Origin: an uncultured virus (IMG/VR IMGVR_UViG_3300049216_000090)
Lineage: Duplodnaviria > Heunggongvirae > Uroviricota > Caudoviricetes
Virus record (IMG/VR): IMGVR_UViG_3300049216_000090
Length of the DNA: 20,000 bases
Direction: 5' to 3' (one strand)
Shown here: positions 15,213-20,000 of the stretch, in pieces
How the letters are laid out: each line of letters begins with the position of its first letter
Position numbering within the stretch: the stretch's first letter is position 1
Position numbers and translations under genes: made by a program
Notes under the pieces: model-generated
Seen by the model: only the letters and a program-made list of their open reading frames with translations
Database searches by the model: none
What the model was told of the DNA's origin: nothing

Positions 15213-15826
15213 CAAATTTTTCCACAGCAGACAAGCCTTCTGGCGTCAATGAACGTCAGAGCGCCGCCCGGCATGGAATCACATTCAGTTATCTTTTTTC
15301 CGATGGCCCGCTCCGTGAAGTTGACGATGAAGTCGGAGTGGGTGATGTAGATGGCTTTGGCCGGGGAACAGGAAAGGGAGTTGTCGATCCGGCTGATGAA
15401 TTGGTTGTCGTCTTCGTCGGTTCGCTCGCAAACTTTACGGTCGGTACAAAATTTCAGCCCCGTAACTTCGCTGATGATTTCCGCCGAGCGGCGACAGCGA
15501 AGGTAGGGGCTGGCAATTGTTTCGTATTCTGCTAGATCGAACTGCTGGCAGAGGTATTCCGCCGTCTTCCGCACCTGGAGAATTCCGATCTCCGTCAAGT
15601 CCGAGTCCGGCATACATCCATCGGACTCGCCGTGTCGGATCAGAAAGATTTGCTTCATGTAGAAGTCGTAGGTGTCGGTGAAGAACCGACCCGTGGCTGG
15701 CTCGAAGAACCCGCTCTCGATCTCACCGTCTTTTTCTGCGCAAGAAAGTTTCGAGAACGCATCGCCGTGATTGAGGCCCGTCACCATTCGCCCATTGGAA
15801 TACAAAGCTGCCATGTACTTTCCCAT
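15176..15826 (-). CDS. Histidine phosphatase superfamily protein with an extra ~55-aa N-terminal domain
   Basis: IFLIRHGES, ASPYLRCRRSA, ITHSDFI; AAGGAGG SD. Confidence 0.85.
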   Translation of the reverse strand: MGKYMAALYSNGRMVTGLNHGDAFSKLSCAEKDGEIESGFFEPATGRFFTDTYDFYMKQIFLIRHGESDGCMPDSDLTEIGILQVRKTAEYLCQQFDLAEYETIASPYLRCRRSAEIISEVTGLKFCTDRKVCERTDEDDNQFISRIDNSLSCSPAKAIYITHSDFIVNFTERAIGKKITECDSMPGGALTFIDARRLVCCGKICYCAEESKSNVL

Positions 15827-15866
15827 CGGTCCTCCTTGTTAGGTGAAGGGTATTTACCTCAGTCGC

Positions 15867-16148
15867 TCAAATAATCCCCAGCAGTTTGGCCGTACCTTCC
15901 TGAATCAAACTGATCTCGTTAGACGGCTTCGGATTCTGAACGACCAGACCGTGTTGCGTCTTGGTGAACTGACTGCCGGTGAGCGGCCCCGCCGTAATCA
16001 ACGTCCAGTCGGCGTCGGCGAAAAGGCTCGCCCCGGCCAGGATGTCGGACATGGAGACGGAGAACGTGCCGTCGGTCTTCTTGCCAGCCTTCATGTAATT
16101 CCAGGCTTCGATGGCCGTCACGAGTTGTTCGAGAGTTACGTTGTTCAT
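15867..16148 (-). CDS. Hypothetical protein (93 aa)
   Basis: GGAG SD; TAATG stop/start overlap. Confidence 0.7.
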   Translation of the reverse strand: MNNVTLEQLVTAIEAWNYMKAGKKTDGTFSVSMSDILAGASLFADADWTLITAGPLTGSQFTKTQHGLVVQNPKPSNEISLIQEGTAKLLGII

Positions 16149-16357
16149 TAGTTGTCTCCCATTTCGGTCGGCTCTTTCTTCTCTTCTTCCTCCTCCTTGA
16201 CCAGTCCGGCAGAAACCGCTGCCGAGATCAGGAAGGCGAAGACGCCCGCCCCCAGGAAGTAACCCCAGGCTCCCTTATCGTTGATGGAAAGGTAGAAGCC
16301 CGCCCCGAAAAGGAAGGCTGTGAGTAGGAACAGGCCGAATGCGATAAGTGCTTTCAT
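16148..16357 (-). CDS. Small 2-TM membrane protein with acidic tail (69 aa)
   Basis: GAGGT SD, TATAAT upstream, two hydrophobic helices. Confidence 0.75.
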   Translation of the reverse strand: MKALIAFGLFLLTAFLFGAGFYLSINDKGAWGYFLGAGVFAFLISAAVSAGLVKEEEEEKKEPTEMGDN

Positions 16358-16387
16358 GATATTACCTCTAAGGTTTTCAATTATAGT

Positions 16388-17236
16388 CTAGGCGACGAGA
16401 CAGTATTTCGCCAAATCAGAAACATATTGGACGGAACTTGTGCCGACCTCTTCGTTCAGACCGGCCAGGATGTCGAGTGGGTTGCCGAACGAAAGCATCG
16501 CCGGGGGTAGGAACTGAAACATGGACTTGGAGAAGTGGGGCGGCGCACCACGTTCGTAGTTGATGAAGTTGTGGCTCTGCCCGTGATCCATCATGGTCAT
16601 TTCAAAGTCGTACCGGCCCTCGATCACGCACCGGCCCATCATCTCCAGGATGTTAATGACCCAGGCCACCCGATCCGTGTGCCGCCAAATCTCCTTGCCA
16701 GCCCGCAGTTGTTCGTAGGCCAGAACTTCCGTCAGGTATACCGCCCGGTCGAAGTATCCCTGGGGAATGTTGTTGAAATAGATCGTGGAACCGAGGGGAA
16801 CCCAATCGGCTGACTTCAAATGCTTCTTGATCGTCGGGATGTATTCTTCGACGGACTCCAGGGTGAAGAACGGATTGACCTGGAAGACGACGTGTGGGAC
16901 TTCCTTCTGGCGGTCGATGGCGACTGGTTTGAACAAGACGGAATTGGTTTCGATGGAAACGAACGGTTGCTTCAGGCTGCCACTCCGCAGCATGTTAGAC
17001 ATGGAGTAGAGCCAGTTCAGCCGGTCGAAGCCCCGGACTTCCCCGATGTTGGCGATGCTGTGGATGCGGCAGTGAGAGTAGAGGTTCCGACAGAACTCGC
17101 CTTTCGGCGGGATGTTCGTCATCGACAACCCTACAACCAGACTTTCTTCCAGTTGTTGTTGCTTGAAACTTTCAATCAGCAATTCGGCCTGCCACTGTTG
17201 GCCCGGCGAGTTTTCTACGTTTACGAAGTAATCCAT
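16388..17236 (-). CDS. Divergent GT-A-like protein resembling peptidyl O-glycosyltransferases (HPAT/SERGT-like N-terminus), 282 aa
   Basis: AGGAG SD before ATG 17236. FVNVENSPGQQWQAELLIESF recalls the HPAT/SERGT FSxExSxYxxWQxxxLxxSF start; ETN sits at the expected DxD position. Confidence 0.5.
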   Translation of the reverse strand: MDYFVNVENSPGQQWQAELLIESFKQQQLEESLVVGLSMTNIPPKGEFCRNLYSHCRIHSIANIGEVRGFDRLNWLYSMSNMLRSGSLKQPFVSIETNSVLFKPVAIDRQKEVPHVVFQVNPFFTLESVEEYIPTIKKHLKSADWVPLGSTIYFNNIPQGYFDRAVYLTEVLAYEQLRAGKEIWRHTDRVAWVINILEMMGRCVIEGRYDFEMTMMDHGQSHNFINYERGAPPHFSKSMFQFLPPAMLSFGNPLDILAGLNEEVGTSSVQYVSDLAKYCLVA

Positions 17237-17271
17237 GTGTCTCCTACCCTGATAGAGTAAGAGCAAAGGAG

Positions 17272-17646
17272 TTACTTGGGCCTATACTTTGCACACTTTT
17301 TGTTGTCGTACACAATCGGCAGGAAACATTGTTCGTATATTCTGTAGACTTCGCTGTAGGCCACGCCCCAGCTTGCGTCGTGGGACCGCTCCTCGAACTC
17401 GGTGCAGGTTAGCGAGTCGTGCAGGTGGCTCCAGGCACGGGCGTGCGCCCACTCGTGAAGCAACGTCTCGATGGCTGACGCTTCCGACAACTCTTTATTG
17501 ATGCGCACAAAGAACTGACATTCACCGAGGGAGCAGTCGCCGTCCCTCTTGCTGGTCATCTTCACCCGCCGCACCGTGATGGGATAGGCAGGTGGACACT
17601 TCCTTTTCAACACCCGAACCAGTTTCCTGTAGGATTCGTACTCCAT
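17272..17646 (-). CDS. Small HExxH zincin-like metalloprotein (SprT/ImmA-like), 124 aa
   Basis: TLLHEWAHA plus downstream SHDASWG (third His); GGGAG SD. Confidence 0.75.
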   Translation of the reverse strand: MEYESYRKLVRVLKRKCPPAYPITVRRVKMTSKRDGDCSLGECQFFVRINKELSEASAIETLLHEWAHARAWSHLHDSLTCTEFEERSHDASWGVAYSEVYRIYEQCFLPIVYDNKKCAKYRPK

Positions 17647-17654
17647 AACTCCCC

Positions 17655-17694
17655 CGCAAAAAGAATAACCCCACGAGTTCCCTCGTGGGGTTAT
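17655..17694 (-). terminator. Intrinsic terminator
   Basis: 13-bp perfect stem ATAACCCCACGAG-ggaa-CTCGTGGGGTTAT followed by TCTTTTT on the minus strand. Confidence 0.75.
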
Positions 17695-17720
17695 ATACTG
17701 CTGCCGGGGATCGGAATACT

Positions 17721-18101
17721 TTAGGCGATTCTCTCCAGAATACCGTTGACCTGAGCTATTAAGCTAGTAAACGGCGTTTGAACGACTTCATAACCGGCTT
17801 GTCGGAGCAGCGAGGTCATATTAGCCGCCCCGCCGGGGTTGCAGCTATGCACGACGACCAGTTTGGTTTCGTACTTGTTCTCGACCATCCACTTGGCAAC
17901 GGTCATGCCGGTGTCTTCCCGGTCGGAAGATACCATCTCTTCCCCGCCCAGGTCGTGGTCGAGGAAGACGGCATCGTACTTCTTCTCCTGCAACAGCCGA
18001 ACGGCGTCTTCGACCGTGTAAGCCTCATCGTGGAGAAGATGAGACTTCACGGTCTTGTGACGGTACTTGTTGTCGTCCAGGAAGAGGATGCGGGGGGCCA
18101 T
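17721..18101 (-). CDS. Cyclic-phosphate-processing-type receiver domain protein (cREC-like)
   Basis: ILFLDD, VFLDHDLG, TGMTVAKW and VVHSCNPGGAANM; DHDLG and HSxN distinguish it from CheY-type regulators. Confidence 0.8.
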   Translation of the reverse strand: MAPRILFLDDNKYRHKTVKSHLLHDEAYTVEDAVRLLQEKKYDAVFLDHDLGGEEMVSSDREDTGMTVAKWMVENKYETKLVVVHSCNPGGAANMTSLLRQAGYEVVQTPFTSLIAQVNGILERIA

Positions 18102-18107
18102 ATTGAT

Positions 18108-18389
18108 TCACCCTGTCGGTGTTTCGGACAAAAAGAGGGCGACTTCGGCCATAATCATGGCAGCTTCAGCCATCTTTTTCCAGAACAGCGGATTTTGAAG
18201 GTCGAGTTCGTCAGCGACTTCCTTGAGAAACTTCCACGCCAGTTCCCATTCAGTGTTTTCCATGTATTCCATGTACTGAGTGGTGCGTAAAATCTGAGCG
18301 GAGGTCATATGACCTTCGATCAGATCACGACAGGACATCAATCGGTCCCGAACCTCGTGCCAGCCCAGAAGTCTCTGTTTAGAATTCAT
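18108..18389 (-). CDS. Hypothetical helical protein (93 aa)
   Basis: Fills the gap between HAD and receiver genes; EYMENTEWELA...FWKKMAEAA. Confidence 0.7.
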   Translation of the reverse strand: MNSKQRLLGWHEVRDRLMSCRDLIEGHMTSAQILRTTQYMEYMENTEWELAWKFLKEVADELDLQNPLFWKKMAEAAMIMAEVALFLSETPTG

Positions 18390-18999
18390 TGTGGTTGCCG
18401 GTCAGGATGTCGTGTACGATCACCTTTTCGAGATGGTCGTATTGCCCCTTCCACCGGCGTGCTTCCGTACAGAAGCGGCTGGTGTGTTCGGGGCGGTCTT
18501 CCCAAATCTCCAGGACTTGCAGCCCGTCGTGGATGACTTCGGAGCGGATCAGGGACAGCTTGATGTCGAGCGTATCGCCGTGCTGGGGCTGTCCCTTCAT
18601 GCCACGGAAGTAATACTCGTCGAACACCATCCCCTTGGTTTCGAGGATTTCCTTCACCCGATGGCGGGTCTTGGCCGGGCGTCCCGTCATCAGGTAGACG
18701 TTGGTGTCTTCCCGGAGGCGGTCGGCGTGGTAAGCGGCCACGGTGTCGGCGATCCACATCTCTTCCGGGATGGGGTGCGGGACCAGCGGCGGCATCAGCG
18801 TTTCGAGACGACCCCACCAACCGGAGAACGGCCAGGGGGTTCCCGTCGCTTCCTTGTAGGTGACTTCGCCTTCGGGCCGATCCGGGGACCGAAGGATCGT
18901 GCCGTCAAAGTCGTAAATGCTGGCCCGTAACCGCTTTCGGCGTTGGGGTGGCGGGTTCACTTTCGGCATCCATTTATTGAGTGTGTCGTGCTTGCTCAT
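18379..18999 (-). CDS. HAD phosphatase, Swiss-army-knife RNA-repair-like (HAD_SAK-type)
   Basis: IYDFDGTILRSP, GWW, LMTGR, conserved Lys (DIKL) and IWEDRPEH. Confidence 0.85.
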   Translation of the reverse strand: MSKHDTLNKWMPKVNPPPQRRKRLRASIYDFDGTILRSPDRPEGEVTYKEATGTPWPFSGWWGRLETLMPPLVPHPIPEEMWIADTVAAYHADRLREDTNVYLMTGRPAKTRHRVKEILETKGMVFDEYYFRGMKGQPQHGDTLDIKLSLIRSEVIHDGLQVLEIWEDRPEHTSRFCTEARRWKGQYDHLEKVIVHDILTGNHNEF

Positions 19000-19034
19000 G
19001 CGAGGTAGACCGTGCCCTATTGGTTTAGTTCACG

Positions 19035-19063
19035 ATCATACCACGAATTCCGGGAAATGTAAA
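19035..19063 (-). promoter_or_regulatory. Sigma70-type promoter with extended -10
   Basis: TTTACA-17 nt(...ttcgTGg)-TATGAT upstream of the HAD gene. Confidence 0.75.
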
Positions 19064-19066
19064 GGG

Positions 19067-19609
19067 TCAGTTGCCTTCGAGTGCCCGCTGGCGTTGGTGT
19101 GCCGGGGTGAAGTGAATTGTAACTTTCATACCATCTTCTGTAGGATCGAAGTCGGCACTGAGGCCGCTTTGCGTCTTCGCCCCCAACTCGTTCTGTACGA
19201 TCTGCTTGGCTTGGGCGATGGCGGAATTCGGCTCCATGTGGCCGACGATGGTAAATTCCCAGGTGTTGCTGTTCGGACGTTGGATGGTAGCCCGGACATC
19301 GGCGTGCCCGCTGCGACCGCCCTTCATGGGGAAGGTCTTGCCGGGTCCGACGGCTTTGACGGGCGTATCAACGGGAGATGCGGCAGAGGGGCCGATCTTC
19401 GGGGCTTGTGGCAGTTCGTTAGAACTCTGGGCCGAGGCGACCATTGCCGGTTTCTCGGCTGGCTTCTGGTTCGCCAAGTGCAATCCGTACATACCGAGGC
19501 CAGCGGCGGCGACCCCAGCGGTCGTCGCCCAATTCTTCCAGCCTTCGTGCATGTCGGGATCGTTCTCTTCGAGCCATTCGGCGAAGGTCGGCAGTTTATT
19601 TATCGCCAT
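19067..19609 (-). CDS. Hypothetical protein, probable virion-internal/ejection-type (180 aa)
   Basis: LPTFAEWLEE...MHE-GWKNWATTAGVAAAGLG: targeting-like N-terminus, candidate Glu cleavage site, then a hydrophobic Ala/Gly helix; GGAG SD. Confidence 0.7.
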   Translation of the reverse strand: MAINKLPTFAEWLEENDPDMHEGWKNWATTAGVAAAGLGMYGLHLANQKPAEKPAMVASAQSSNELPQAPKIGPSAASPVDTPVKAVGPGKTFPMKGGRSGHADVRATIQRPNSNTWEFTIVGHMEPNSAIAQAKQIVQNELGAKTQSGLSADFDPTEDGMKVTIHFTPAHQRQRALEGN

Positions 19610-20000
19610 CTTTTCCTCCGACTCCCGGCTTGTCCGGGGCTTGTGGTTGTGGTTTGTCGCCGCCGCCCTTCTTGGCCTTTCCGACGTTATCCTTCCATCG
19701 CTGGGTGGACAGGTGACGCTTCACATGGTCGAACTCGTGGCCTTGTGGGGCACGGCCCAGGTGCTTCTGGTACTCCGGGTTGACGGACTTCTTGCCGTCC
19801 GCACCGTGGGTGTACGGCGTCAGGTCTTTGTCGTCGTGGTTCAGGAAGGCGTCGGTTTCCGGGCCGGTCTGCTTCGCCATCTGGAGCCATTCACGAATCT
19901 TCGCCTTGGTCAGACCCGTGTGGGTGTTCTTCATGTCGTAGAACTGGTCGCTGTCGAACTTGTTCTTGGAACCCCAACTGTACAGTTTCACCAAGTAGGC
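19596..20000 (-). CDS. 3' part of a hypothetical protein (5'-partial)
   Basis: Frame is open from the window edge (AYLVKLYSWG...) to TAA at 19596; overlaps the next start by 14 nt. Confidence 0.75.
   Translation of the reverse strand, partial: AYLVKLYSWGSKNKFDSDQFYDMKNTHTGLTKAKIREWLQMAKQTGPETDAFLNHDDKDLTPYTHGADGKKSVNPEYQKHLGRAPQGHEFDHVKRHLSTQRWKDNVGKAKKGGGDKPQPQAPDKPGVGGKDGDK

Noticed and set aside
14607..15215. Minus-strand 202-aa ORF mirroring 14604..15212
   Set aside because: Non-ATG start and shadow-like composition; the + ORF has the upstream motif and a plausible N-terminus.
17721..18101. Two-component response regulator
   Set aside because: DHDLG and HSxN motifs, no conserved receiver Lys-Pro and no kinase nearby fit the cREC-like family better.
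18917..19783. 288-aa + strand ORF
   Set aside because: Antisense to three minus-strand genes and spans a clear minus-strand promoter.
1..20000. Stop-codon reassignment suggested by phage synthetases
   Set aside because: Conserved genes are intact under the standard code, and TAA, TAG and TGA all terminate genes at sensible boundaries.

Overview
Gene-dense, GC-rich window that reads as part of a large (jumbo-type) bacteriophage genome. This is an inference from the many short orphan ORFs, ATGA-coupled genes, virion-internal-type N-termini and host-like genes out of their usual chromosomal context. After two + strand ORFs (1-782) the coding strand switches to mostly minus. Recognisable genes: class II lysyl-tRNA synthetase, an N-terminally compact tyrosyl-tRNA synthetase, a ClpP-family protease, a NodB-type polysaccharide deacetylase, three glycosyltransferase-like proteins, a class I methyltransferase, a histidine phosphatase, two HExxH metallopeptidase-like proteins, an Sm/Hfq-like protein and three RNA end-healing-type proteins (2H phosphoesterase, Swiss-army-knife HAD, cyclic-phosphate-processing receiver). 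The most unusual signals are: (1) four divergent paralogues sharing a 'PPxxxFMH[ED]xVF' core with shuffled motif order; (2) two tandem stand-alone proteins resembling only the C-terminal domain of PrkA/YeaG; (3) a C-terminal 'K[YH]RSID[DA]' peptide shared by three proteins from two unrelated families; (4) a CTA[T/G]ATAC element 4-6 nt before SD-less start codons. All family calls come from motif recognition by eye, not database searches. No tRNA, rRNA, CRISPR array or IS element was seen.
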